This document shows, one piece after another, positions 8,708-17,218 of a DNA stretch of 55,105 bases. Below the pieces are notes generated by a model. The model saw only the letters and a program-made list of their open reading frames with translations. It searched no databases and was not told the DNA's origin. Positions within the stretch are counted from its first letter, which is position 1. The number at the start of each line of letters is the position of its first letter. Origin of the DNA: Candidatus Dojkabacteria bacterium UBA2259 (GTDB lineage Bacteria; Patescibacteriota; Dojkabacteria; SC72); contig DDXN01000013.1 in assembly GCA_002347605.1 (NCBI GenBank), positions 1-55,105 of the forward strand. Direction: 5' to 3'. The position numbers and the translations under genes are program-made.

Positions 8708-9319
8708 ATGGGTAGATATACGGGTCCGAAAGAGAGATTAAGTAGAAGAGAGGGAGTGAACCTTAATTTAAAGGGTTCAAGATCTTTCTCAGATAAAGCA
8801 GGTATTAAGAGGAAACCATTTCCTCCTGGTCAACATGGTAATCAGAGAAGGACTAGGCTTTCTAACTATGGAATACAGTTAAGAGAGAAGCAGAAGGTAA
8901 AAAGGACATATGGGTTAAGGGAGAAGCAGTTTAAGAGTGTATATCTAGAAGCAAGTAGAAGAGCAAAGGTAAGTAATTTAGATAAGGGTTTGGAATTTTT
9001 AAGAATACTTGAACTTAGGTTTGATAATGTACTGTATCTTGGTGGATTAGCTCCTTCTAGGGCGGCTGCAAGACAGTATATTGTTCATGGTCATGTTTTA
9101 CTTAATGGTAAGAAATTTACAGTACCTTCATTGGAGATCAAAGATGGTGATACTGTAGAATTAAAATCTATGAAGCTTGCTCCTTCCGAGAAATTCTTCG
9201 CTGTTCCACAGTGGATAGAGTCAAAGGAGAACAAGGTAAGAGTTACAAGATTGCCAATTAGGGATGAAATCGACGAAGGTATTCGTGAGAATCTCATAAT
9301 TGAATACTACTCAAGATAA
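8708..9319 (+). CDS. rpsD: 30S ribosomal protein S4
   Basis: MGRYTGPKERLSRREG and an S4 RNA-binding domain (RFDNVLYLGGLAPSRAAARQYIVHGHVLLNG). Confidence 0.96.
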   Translation: MGRYTGPKERLSRREGVNLNLKGSRSFSDKAGIKRKPFPPGQHGNQRRTRLSNYGIQLREKQKVKRTYGLREKQFKSVYLEASRRAKVSNLDKGLEFLRILELRFDNVLYLGGLAPSRAAARQYIVHGHVLLNGKKFTVPSLEIKDGDTVELKSMKLAPSEKFFAVPQWIESKENKVRVTRLPIRDEIDEGIRENLIIEYYSR

Positions 9320-9339
9320 TAATTTGTTTTAAATATAAT

Positions 9340-10302
9340 ATGGAAGCATTTAAAGATATAAAAGTGACAATAAGAGAGGAAGAGGGAAACTCTGGATTGT
9401 ATGAAATATCTCCTTTACCAAGGGGATATGGTCATACTTTAGGGAACGCACTTAGGAGAATTCTCTACTCTAGTCTTAGGGGTTCTGGTGTTACGAGCTT
9501 AAAAGTAAAGGGTGTACAGCATGAGTACTCAACGATTGAGGGTGTACAAGAGGATATAGTTAGTATAATACTTAACTTAAAGCAGGTTAAGTTTAGGGTT
9601 GATTCGCAAGAGGTTAAAAAGTGTAGGATTGAGGCAAAGGGGAAGTGTGTTGTTAAGGCATCAGATATAATTGTTGATGCTGGTGTTAGCGTAACTACTC
9701 CAGATATTGTAATTGCCAATTTAACAGATGAGACTGCAAAGCTAGTTATAGATATGACAGTTGAATCGGGTGTAGGGTATAGGGATGCTAGTATGGCTGA
9801 TAGAACGGCAGAGGGGATGATTCCTTTAGATTGTGATTTCGCTCCAATTGAGAAAGTAAGTTTAAGCATAGAACAGGCTCGTAAGGGACAGGAAACAGAT
9901 TTAGACTCAGTTGTAATTGGTGTTGTAACTGATGGTAGTATTTCTCCTAAGGATGCATTACTTAATTCTGCTTCAATATTGCAAGAGTTTGCAGGGAAGG
10001 TTTTAGTAGCTATGGGTATATCTAAAAAAGAGGTAGAAGAGAGAGTTGAAGAGATTAATCAGGTTGAGGAAGTAGAGGTAAGTGTAGAGGAGGAAGATGA
10101 TGCTAAGGATTTAAGAGTTGAGGATTTACCAATTTCTAAAAGATCAAAGACTGGACTTCTTTCTGGTGGATACAAAACATTGGGAGATTTAAGGAATGCA
10201 ACTGTTGAGGATTTGCTTAATCTTTCTGGATTTGGAAATAAATCATTAAATGAGGTTGTAGAATTACTTAATCAGTATGGTGTTAATATTAAGGGTGAAT
10301 AG
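9340..10302 (+). CDS. rpoA: DNA-directed RNA polymerase subunit alpha
   Basis: N-terminal PLPRGYGHTLGNALRRILYSSL; C-terminal HhH (LNLSGFGNKSLNEV). An acidic linker lies between the two domains. Confidence 0.95.
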   Translation: MEAFKDIKVTIREEEGNSGLYEISPLPRGYGHTLGNALRRILYSSLRGSGVTSLKVKGVQHEYSTIEGVQEDIVSIILNLKQVKFRVDSQEVKKCRIEAKGKCVVKASDIIVDAGVSVTTPDIVIANLTDETAKLVIDMTVESGVGYRDASMADRTAEGMIPLDCDFAPIEKVSLSIEQARKGQETDLDSVVIGVVTDGSISPKDALLNSASILQEFAGKVLVAMGISKKEVEERVEEINQVEEVEVSVEEEDDAKDLRVEDLPISKRSKTGLLSGGYKTLGDLRNATVEDLLNLSGFGNKSLNEVVELLNQYGVNIKGE

Positions 10303-10307
10303 TAAGA

Positions 10308-10838
10308 ATGTATAAAAGGAATAGTATTAAAAAATTAGGGAGAACAAGTTCACATAGGAAGGCTTTAATTCAAAATCAATTGAGGTCTATTATTACTAGT
10401 GGTAAAGTAAAAACTTCTTCTGTTAAAGCTAAGGTTCTAAGAGGAGAGTTGGAATCAATTCTCAATAGGGTAAGAGTTTCTAGTGAGGGTGATCTATCCT
10501 TAACAAGGAAATTAAATGAGATCTTTGGCAACAAAGATTTAGTTAAGAAGGTTATGGAGATTGGTAGGAAGAAAACAGCAGGGATTACTGTTAAGAAGGT
10601 TGGTTTTAGGATAGGAGATAATACACAGATGTCTGTGGTTGAAATATCTGGATTTAAGGGTAAAGCCAAATCTGCAAAAGGAGATGGGAAGAAGGGTGAA
10701 AAGAAAGAGGCAGATGTTGTTGAGACAAAGGTAGGAGAAGAGAAGAAGAAAGGGATATTGAATTTAGGTAAGAAGGCTGTATCCAAAAAGGTTGAACCAT
10801 TAAAGAGAGAGAGAGCAAGAACAAGATCAGGGATTTAA
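10308..10838 (+). CDS. rplQ: 50S ribosomal protein L17 with a Lys-rich C-terminal extension
   Basis: KLGRTSSHRKALIQNQ is the L17 start; it follows rpoA. The tail from about aa 116 is K/G/E-rich. Confidence 0.93.
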   Translation: MYKRNSIKKLGRTSSHRKALIQNQLRSIITSGKVKTSSVKAKVLRGELESILNRVRVSSEGDLSLTRKLNEIFGNKDLVKKVMEIGRKKTAGITVKKVGFRIGDNTQMSVVEISGFKGKAKSAKGDGKKGEKKEADVVETKVGEEKKKGILNLGKKAVSKKVEPLKRERARTRSGI

Positions 10839-10855
10839 AATATATTTAATAGAGA

Positions 10856-11290
10856 ATGAAGTACAAGACAGATTGGAGTAAAAAAGAAGATGTAAAAAGA
10901 GAGTGGTATATTGTTGATGTTAAGGATCAAATACTTGGTAGGGCATCAACAAAGATAGCTTCTTTGTTAATTGGGAAGGGTAAGGCAGACATTGTACCTA
11001 ATGTTGATGGGGGTGATTTTGTAATAGTGATTAATACTGATTTTGTAAAGGTTACAAGAGGGAAAGCGTTAAAGAAAACATATTACAGACATTCAGGCTT
11101 TCCTGGTGGTTTGAAAGAGATTGTGTTTGCAGATCAGATTAAGAAGAATTCTACTAAGGTTATTGAGTTTGCAGTAAAGAATATGTTACCAAAGGACAAA
11201 CTTAGAGATGGGAGAATGAGTAGGTTGTTCATATATAAGGGGGCAGAGCACAAAAATGAGGCTCAGAAACCTATTGAGTATAAAATATAA
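10856..11290 (+). CDS. rplM: 50S ribosomal protein L13
   Basis: REWYIVDVKDQILGRASTKIASLLIGK and YYRHSGFPGGLK. Confidence 0.95.
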   Translation: MKYKTDWSKKEDVKREWYIVDVKDQILGRASTKIASLLIGKGKADIVPNVDGGDFVIVINTDFVKVTRGKALKKTYYRHSGFPGGLKEIVFADQIKKNSTKVIEFAVKNMLPKDKLRDGRMSRLFIYKGAEHKNEAQKPIEYKI

Positions 11291-11304
11291 TATTGATTAA
11301 TATA

Positions 11305-11697
11305 ATGAGTAAATATTTTGAGGGTATTGGGAGAAGAAAGACAGCAACATCAAGAGTAAGGATTTACCCTGGTGAGAAGGCTTCTATGGTTAATGGTAAG
11401 GCAATAGATACATATTTTTTAAGTAATAAAGAGGCTGAGAAAATAATTAATGAGGGATTAGTTATTACTGATTTAAAGGATAAGTACTATTTTACTGCTA
11501 AGGTTAGTGGTGGTGGTATTAATGCTCAGATTGATGCAATAAAGCTAGGGCTTGGTAGGGCTTTGTACTCAATGGATGAGAGTCTTAAGCCTATGCTAAG
11601 AAAGGCTGGTCTTGTTACTAGAGACCCTAGGGATGTTGAAAGAAAGAAATACAATCACCACAAAGCCAGAAAAAAGCCACAATTCTCAAAGAGGTAA
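11305..11697 (+). CDS. rpsI: 30S ribosomal protein S9
   Basis: ATG at 11305 gives MSKYFEGIGRRKTATSRV. The C-terminus is RDPRDVERKKYNHHKARKKPQFSKR. Confidence 0.95.
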   Translation: MSKYFEGIGRRKTATSRVRIYPGEKASMVNGKAIDTYFLSNKEAEKIINEGLVITDLKDKYYFTAKVSGGGINAQIDAIKLGLGRALYSMDESLKPMLRKAGLVTRDPRDVERKKYNHHKARKKPQFSKR

Positions 11698-11894
11698 AGC
11701 GAAGAAATACATAGATAGGAATTTCCCCGAATATCTAAAATTTAAGAAACTACTTTTTACCTTTTTTGGGCTTGACTTTCAGACTCTTAACTTTTTTGGA
11801 GTCCAATACTGCTTTGCATTTTGACATTATATTAATATCTAATACTTTATTGTTTAATTATATTTAGTTTGTTAACCTCTTGTCAATAGATTTA

Positions 11895-11923
11895 TTGTTT
11901 TAACAGCATCTTTGTTATATAAT
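11895..11923 (+). promoter_or_regulatory. Candidate promoter of the RNHCP/radical-SAM operon
   Basis: TTGTTT (11895-11900), a 17-nt spacer, then a consensus TATAAT (11918-11923), 28 nt upstream of the ATG at 11951. Confidence 0.35.
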
Positions 11924-11950
11924 CCTCTAATAAATATATTAAATAGTACT

Positions 11951-12334
11951 ATGAAAGATAAGCTAGGAGAGGATATATTTAGCAAAGAGGAAGGATCTTT
12001 CATAGAAACTGAAAGAGAAGTAATGGGGAGGAAATTTGAACGAAAAATTGAAGATTTCTCCTGCGAGAACTGTGGTACCTTTGTAAATGGAGATGGCTAT
12101 ACAGACCATTGTCCTTCTTGTCTTTATTCAAAACATGTAGATATTAATCCCGGAGATAGAGATTGTGAATGCAAAGGTCTTATGGAGCCCATTGCTGCAG
12201 AGGTCAGGGATAATGGGTATAAAATACATTATAGATGTTTAGATTGTGGCTATACTCATCGGGTTAAAAGTTCCCCAGAGGATAATTTCGAAGCGATATT
12301 GGCGTTAATAGATAAACCTGTTGTAAATACATAA
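11951..12334 (+). CDS. RNHCP-domain-like Cys-rich zinc-ribbon protein
   Basis: FSCENCG..(N10)..YTDHCPSCLYSKHVDINPGDRDCECKGLMEP...YRCLDCG fits my recollection of the RNHCP domain (PF12647), with TDHCP in place of RNHCP. ATG at 11951 is preferred over the TTG at 11912. Confidence 0.7.
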   Translation: MKDKLGEDIFSKEEGSFIETEREVMGRKFERKIEDFSCENCGTFVNGDGYTDHCPSCLYSKHVDINPGDRDCECKGLMEPIAAEVRDNGYKIHYRCLDCGYTHRVKSSPEDNFEAILALIDKPVVNT

Positions 12335-12350
12335 AGTTATCAATTAGAAA

Positions 12351-14519
12351 ATGAAGAAGCGAAAATTAGAGTATTACTCAGTCCCTCATCTTGTACATAT
12401 AGAAATGTCATATTCATGTAATGCAAAATGTTTCTTCTGTTATAACCCATATAGAGATAGCCCGATAGACTATAACAAGATAGATAAAGTAGTTAGAGCT
12501 GTCAGTAAATCTCACATACCCCATGTATATTTAATTGGTGGAGAGCCTTCTCTTTTAGAGCCCAAAAAGTTGAATGAGTATATAGATTTACTCTCGAAAA
12601 CTTCTTCAGTAACTATTGTTACAAATGGATTGAGGTATATAGAAGGTATGTCTAAGAATTTAGCATGCTTGGGTGTAGCAATACATGGTGATGCAGAGAC
12701 ACAGGAATGGCTGTCGGGGGTAAAGGGGGGATATTCTAGAACTGTAGAGAATATTAAGAGATATGTTAGGGATGGCTTTGATGTAAGGTGTATACCAGTT
12801 TTAACATCAAAAAATTATGATCAGATTTTCAATATAATCAAACTTGCGAAGGAGCTTGGTATGGAAAGTGTCTTTGTAGATAAATTTGAAATTGGAGGAA
12901 TGGGATTGGATATGGCCAACCAACTTAAGCCGTCTTTAGAGCAATTTAAAGTCTCATTGGGACAAATGATTAAAGCTAGAGACGAATTTAAGATTCCAGT
13001 TGGTTTTGGTACTGCGATACCATATTGTTTGGATGAGAGATTAATTAAGGAGGAAATGTTTGCAAACTGTGGCGTTGGAGTAACCTTTGCAGCTATCAAT
13101 CCTAATGGTGATTTCAGGATATGTAATCAAAGTGAGATAGTATATGGAAATGTTCTTAAGGAACCAATAGAGGCAATTTGGAAGACAAAGTCTTTAGACG
13201 ATTTTCGTAATCTTTCATGGACTCAAAGCCCTTGTGATAAATGCGTTCTTGTGACAGAGTGTACAGGTGGTTGCAAAGTAGATCTTTCTTGCTCTTCTGG
13301 TTATTGCATCGATTATCATATTAGAGAGAATCAAAACGAACTTATCAGTACAGAGAAAGTATCCCTATTGTGGGAAGAAAGAGAGAAGAAAATAGAAAGC
13401 AAATTTTCAAAAGTGTTTTATCCGAAAGATTATAGAGAGTTTCTTGTCGAGAAGCATATCAATATAATAAAGAAGCATAAAGAAAAATATTTAATAACAA
13501 GATATCAAACCATAATAATTGATGATTTAACAGCCCAAATTATAGAGAAAATAATTTCTGGAGTAAGGAAGGAGAGAGATCTAATTGATGCTTTTAAAGA
13601 AAAAATAGAAGAAAAAGAAATGAGAAGTTTTCTGAGTAAACTGGAAATTGCTGAAGCTATCTCAAGTGTTAAAATACAAAGCATTGATTGGGAGATTACA
13701 GAAGATTGTAATTTGAATTGTAAACATTGTATTGTATCGTCTCCTCGGAGTACAGGAGCTATGACAGTTGAGCAGATAATCAGGGCGATAAATAAGTTGT
13801 ATGATAATGGTTTAAGAGAGATTTCCTTTACGGGGGGTGAGCCTATGCTTTTTCCGGGTATTATAGATATTTTGAAATATAACAAAGAAAAGGGTATTAA
13901 ATCAAGGATTTTGACAAATGGGACATTATTATCAAGAGATATAGTGAAAAAGATATCTCCATTAGTATCAGAAATTGGTGTGAGTTTAGACGGAATAACA
14001 GAGAAAGCTAACGATTCTATTCGGGGTGAGGGTTCATACAATAAAATAATTGAAGGGATTAATAATTTAAAAGAAATGAATATTAATTTCTCTATCTATT
14101 TTACTCTGCACAAGAGAAATAACGATATAAATAAGATTATCCAATTTTCAAAAAAAATAGGAGCAAACAGTTGTAGAATAAATCAAGTAACTAAGAGAGG
14201 AAGGGCAGAGAATCAGTATGACAGTAATTTCCTTGTAGATGTTAACAAGTCGATAGAAATACCAAAGGAGTGTACCTGTGATTTAGATTCTAGCCATATG
14301 TTTGTGAATCCATTAGGGGAGTGTTTCCCCTGTGTAGAAATTTCACAAATAAGAGGTAAATCACTGGGAAACATATTTTATACAGAGGTTGATGACATAT
14401 TTAATAATTTGAATAAGTTTGTTATTCGAAATAAGGGGAAAGACTGTCCATATTGTATGGTAGTCAAGGAGTTTGAAACCATATGTTTAGATAAAGATTT
14501 ATCCTGTAAATCAATATGA
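12351..14519 (+). CDS. Twin radical-SAM protein: rSAM-SPASM + linker (PqqD/RRE-like?) + second rSAM with a Cys-rich C-terminus
   Basis: CNAKCFFC (nt 12417-12440) and CNLNCKHC (13707-13730) are both CX3CX2C. GGEPSL and GGEPML motifs are present. SPASM signature: C-X12-G-X4-C, then CDKCVLVTECTGGC (13233-13274). Confidence 0.85.
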   Translation: MKKRKLEYYSVPHLVHIEMSYSCNAKCFFCYNPYRDSPIDYNKIDKVVRAVSKSHIPHVYLIGGEPSLLEPKKLNEYIDLLSKTSSVTIVTNGLRYIEGMSKNLACLGVAIHGDAETQEWLSGVKGGYSRTVENIKRYVRDGFDVRCIPVLTSKNYDQIFNIIKLAKELGMESVFVDKFEIGGMGLDMANQLKPSLEQFKVSLGQMIKARDEFKIPVGFGTAIPYCLDERLIKEEMFANCGVGVTFAAINPNGDFRICNQSEIVYGNVLKEPIEAIWKTKSLDDFRNLSWTQSPCDKCVLVTECTGGCKVDLSCSSGYCIDYHIRENQNELISTEKVSLLWEEREKKIESKFSKVFYPKDYREFLVEKHINIIKKHKEKYLITRYQTIIIDDLTAQIIEKIISGVRKERDLIDAFKEKIEEKEMRSFLSKLEIAEAISSVKIQSIDWEITEDCNLNCKHCIVSSPRSTGAMTVEQIIRAINKLYDNGLREISFTGGEPMLFPGIIDILKYNKEKGIKSRILTNGTLLSRDIVKKISPLVSEIGVSLDGITEKANDSIRGEGSYNKIIEGINNLKEMNINFSIYFTLHKRNNDINKIIQFSKKIGANSCRINQVTKRGRAENQYDSNFLVDVNKSIEIPKECTCDLDSSHMFVNPLGECFPCVEISQIRGKSLGNIFYTEVDDIFNNLNKFVIRNKGKDCPYCMVVKEFETICLDKDLSCKSI

Positions 14520-15688
14520 AGAAGAAAGAAAAAACTTACTTAATGGATGTATATAATAATAATTTTGAAATTGGGGATGGGGACAAACAAATTGACGAAG
14601 GGACTTACGAAGTAGATAAGGTATATGATAGTTCAGGTATAGTATTTCTCTCTGAGTGGTTTTTTGATGAAAAAGTCCATGAGTACACAGGATTAAATAA
14701 TTCGTTTTTTCAATTTGATGATACAATTCCAACACAGTATAACTTTCCAGATTCAAATCAGTCCTTGAATGAAGCTATTAAAGAATTCCACATTAAAGAG
14801 GGTTTTTCCTGTAACAACTCTGAGATTTTTATTACCGAAGGTTCTACCCCCATGATAGCTTCCATGGTTATATTTGCGAAAACATATGGGTTTGAAAGAA
14901 TCTATTCTATCTCACCTCTCTATTTTAATATTTTTAAAGTGGCAGATTTAATTGATATCCCAATAACTCCTATAAATAGGACATTGACTGTTTGTAATGA
15001 AGAATTAGAGCTCCCGTCTGAGAAGTCTATCCTTTTTATTACAGACCCTATATGGTCTATTGGTCAGCATCATCCGTATCCAATTATGGATAAGCTGAAA
15101 GAATGGCAAGAGAAAACAGGGTCTTTGATTTTTGTAGACGAATCCTTTGCATATACCGATTGGTACTCAGCTAAGAAAACAGAACCTTCTTCAATACTAA
15201 ATCCAGGATTAACATTTCGTCTAATATGTCCTACAAAGACATTATGTTTAAATGGGTTAAGATTTTCCTATTTAATCTGTCCAGATGAGTTTAAAAAGGA
15301 GCTATCAAGAATTACATGCTGCACAATAGGATCTAGCTCACACTACAGTTTTGTTTTGAGACCAAAGATATTTGAGAAAATGATAGAGGAGAGTATAAAT
15401 CCTATCGGTTTGTTTTCTAAAGAAAGATTTAATGTGATAAAGGGATTGTTAGAAAAGAACAATATAAAATACTTTAAACCAGATTGTGGTTTTTTTATGT
15501 TTGTTAATATCGTAGACTTCTTCAAGAGAAACAATTTAAATTCAAGATATATGTGGATTCCAAATAAAGGTTTGGATATTTTTGATAAAAATTTATCTGG
15601 TTATGTAAAACTGAATTTAATTATGAGAGGAACAAGCTTTAGTAGATTTAAATCAGATTTAGACAAGAATGCTTCTAGAAAGAACTAA
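14516..15688 (+). CDS. PLP-dependent aminotransferase-fold (class I/II-like) protein
   Basis: ITEGSTPMI, FVDESFAY and CPTKTLCLNGLRFSY correspond to the Gly-rich, DExY and SxSK...GxR motifs of fold-type-I aminotransferases. The start overlaps the upstream stop (ATGA). Confidence 0.65.
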   Translation: MKKKEKTYLMDVYNNNFEIGDGDKQIDEGTYEVDKVYDSSGIVFLSEWFFDEKVHEYTGLNNSFFQFDDTIPTQYNFPDSNQSLNEAIKEFHIKEGFSCNNSEIFITEGSTPMIASMVIFAKTYGFERIYSISPLYFNIFKVADLIDIPITPINRTLTVCNEELELPSEKSILFITDPIWSIGQHHPYPIMDKLKEWQEKTGSLIFVDESFAYTDWYSAKKTEPSSILNPGLTFRLICPTKTLCLNGLRFSYLICPDEFKKELSRITCCTIGSSSHYSFVLRPKIFEKMIEESINPIGLFSKERFNVIKGLLEKNNIKYFKPDCGFFMFVNIVDFFKRNNLNSRYMWIPNKGLDIFDKNLSGYVKLNLIMRGTSFSRFKSDLDKNASRKN

Positions 15689-16223
15689 TAAACAATTAAA
15701 AAAGATATACAAGGGGATTGAGAAATATTGCAAAGATTGTGATTTGTGTTGTTTTACATATGGTTGGATAATGCCTTGCGAAGAAAGTAGGTACTCTAAA
15801 ATAACCAATCTCATATCAATAAACAAGAAGGTTACATGCTTTGACTCATTCGAGGAAAATAAATTCGGAGGAAAATGTTTAGAGAAGATACCTAGGTGTA
15901 AATTTTACAGGAGTAGAAAATGTAAGATACATCAGATTAAGCCATTTGATTGCCTGTTATATCCTGTTAAGGTCCTTTATCATCCTAAAAAAAGGAGATA
16001 TTCGGTAGTCCTAAGTTTGGATTGTCCATATATAGAAAGTCTAAATAAAGAAGATCGGGAATATCTTAAAAGGCAAATTGTCTCATTTTTTTCCTCTATG
16101 CCAGAAAAAATAAGAAAAGAGTATTTTAGTTTAGTTAGAGATTGGGAGGGAATAACATATCGAAAGGAGTTTGAATCTTTAGAAATATGTTCTTTTTCGG
16201 AAGATGAAATAAAGTTAGCATAG
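15669..16223 (+). CDS. YkgJ-family CxxCxxCC cysteine-cluster protein
   Basis: CKDCDLCC near the N-terminus, plus later Cys residues (CKFYRSRKCKIH, DCLLYP), as in PF03692. It overlaps the upstream gene by 20 nt. Confidence 0.65.
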   Translation: MLLERTNKQLKKIYKGIEKYCKDCDLCCFTYGWIMPCEESRYSKITNLISINKKVTCFDSFEENKFGGKCLEKIPRCKFYRSRKCKIHQIKPFDCLLYPVKVLYHPKKRRYSVVLSLDCPYIESLNKEDREYLKRQIVSFFSSMPEKIRKEYFSLVRDWEGITYRKEFESLEICSFSEDEIKLA

Positions 16224-16297
16224 ATAATCGGGATGGATTTGATTAATTAGAACATTTCAGATATATTTTATTGATATATATTTTATCCTTCACTACA

Positions 16298-17212
16298 ATG
16301 AGAAAGAAAGCGTTTTTGATAATACTTTTAGGAATAGGTTTGTTTGTTCTGACTGTGATAGTGCTAATTGTTGCGAGATATAGAACATATAATTATCAAT
16401 ATGGTACAGGATATTCAGGAGTTGGAACTATTGAAGAGGGGGCAATGCCTTCTTCAGATATGGGTCTAGATATGGAAAAGGCATACGAGAGTGCTACCCT
16501 TTCGTCAGATGAGCTTGTAAATAATCAAGAGGGTTCTAAGGTTCAAAAGAATGGTTCTGTATCGATATTAGTAGAACAGTTAGATGCGTCAGTAGAGAGT
16601 CTTAAGTTAATAAATGGGAAATACTTAGGACAGATTACAAATATCTATGATTATGGTCAGGGTAATGATAGGGTTGTACAGATTACTGTCAAGGTTCCAG
16701 TTGAAGATTTTGAAGCTTACTATGAAGAGTTAAGAGAGTTAGATGGTGAGGTTACATATGCTAATGTATCAACAACTGATGTTACAGAGGAGTATATTGA
16801 TATTACTTCTAGGTTAGCTAATTTAAAGAATACTGAGACTCAATTAAACAGGATATTAGAACAGGCTGATACTGTTACTGATATTTTAGCTGTTCAAAGA
16901 GAGTTAAATACTGTAAGGGGTGATATTGAAAATTATGAGCAGAGGAAGAGGTATTTTGATAGTCAAACAGATTATGCGTATATGTCTGTTACATTTGCGT
17001 TGGATAAAACAGGTTTAAATATCGCTGAAGATGAATGGAAGCCATGGGGTGAAGTTAAGGCAGCACTTAAATCATTGGTTTCTGTATTAAAGGGTTTTGT
17101 TAATTTGATAATCTGGATAGTTGTATTTTCTCCTGTTGTACTAGTTCCTTTCTTTGTTGTTAAGTATATTGTTAAAAGGAACAAAGCGAAAAAACAAGCA
17201 GAGATGGTATAA
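16298..17212 (+). CDS. DUF4349-like membrane-anchored protein
   Basis: N-terminal TM segment, a coiled-coil core (ITSRLANLKNTETQLNRILEQ...VQRELNTVRGDIENYEQRKRYFD) and a C-terminal TM segment. ATG at 16298 is preferred over the TTG at 16271. Confidence 0.6.
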   Translation: MRKKAFLIILLGIGLFVLTVIVLIVARYRTYNYQYGTGYSGVGTIEEGAMPSSDMGLDMEKAYESATLSSDELVNNQEGSKVQKNGSVSILVEQLDASVESLKLINGKYLGQITNIYDYGQGNDRVVQITVKVPVEDFEAYYEELRELDGEVTYANVSTTDVTEEYIDITSRLANLKNTETQLNRILEQADTVTDILAVQRELNTVRGDIENYEQRKRYFDSQTDYAYMSVTFALDKTGLNIAEDEWKPWGEVKAALKSLVSVLKGFVNLIIWIVVFSPVVLVPFFVVKYIVKRNKAKKQAEMV

Positions 17213-17218
17213 TATATT

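Noticed and set aside
11612-11824. 70-aa + strand ORF overlapping the rpsI 3' end
   Set aside because: It is an out-of-frame overlap with a conserved r-protein gene and extends into T-rich spacer, with no motif.
11750-11827. 25-aa Lys-rich mini-ORF on the minus strand (MSKCKAVLDSKKVKSLKVKPKKGKK), considered as a precursor peptide or small r-protein
   Set aside because: It is on the opposite strand to the operon, has no SD-like sequence upstream and resembles no small r-protein I know. A-rich DNA gives Lys-rich frames by chance.
13505-14041. 178-aa minus-strand ORF
   Set aside because: Antisense to the second radical-SAM core, which has CX3CX2C and GGEP motifs in the + frame.
14516-14519. 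Possible UGA recoding (code 25/4), as in some CPR lineages
   Set aside because: TGA ends well-defined genes at ATGA overlaps (14516-14519, 26570-26573), and conserved proteins are full length under code 11.
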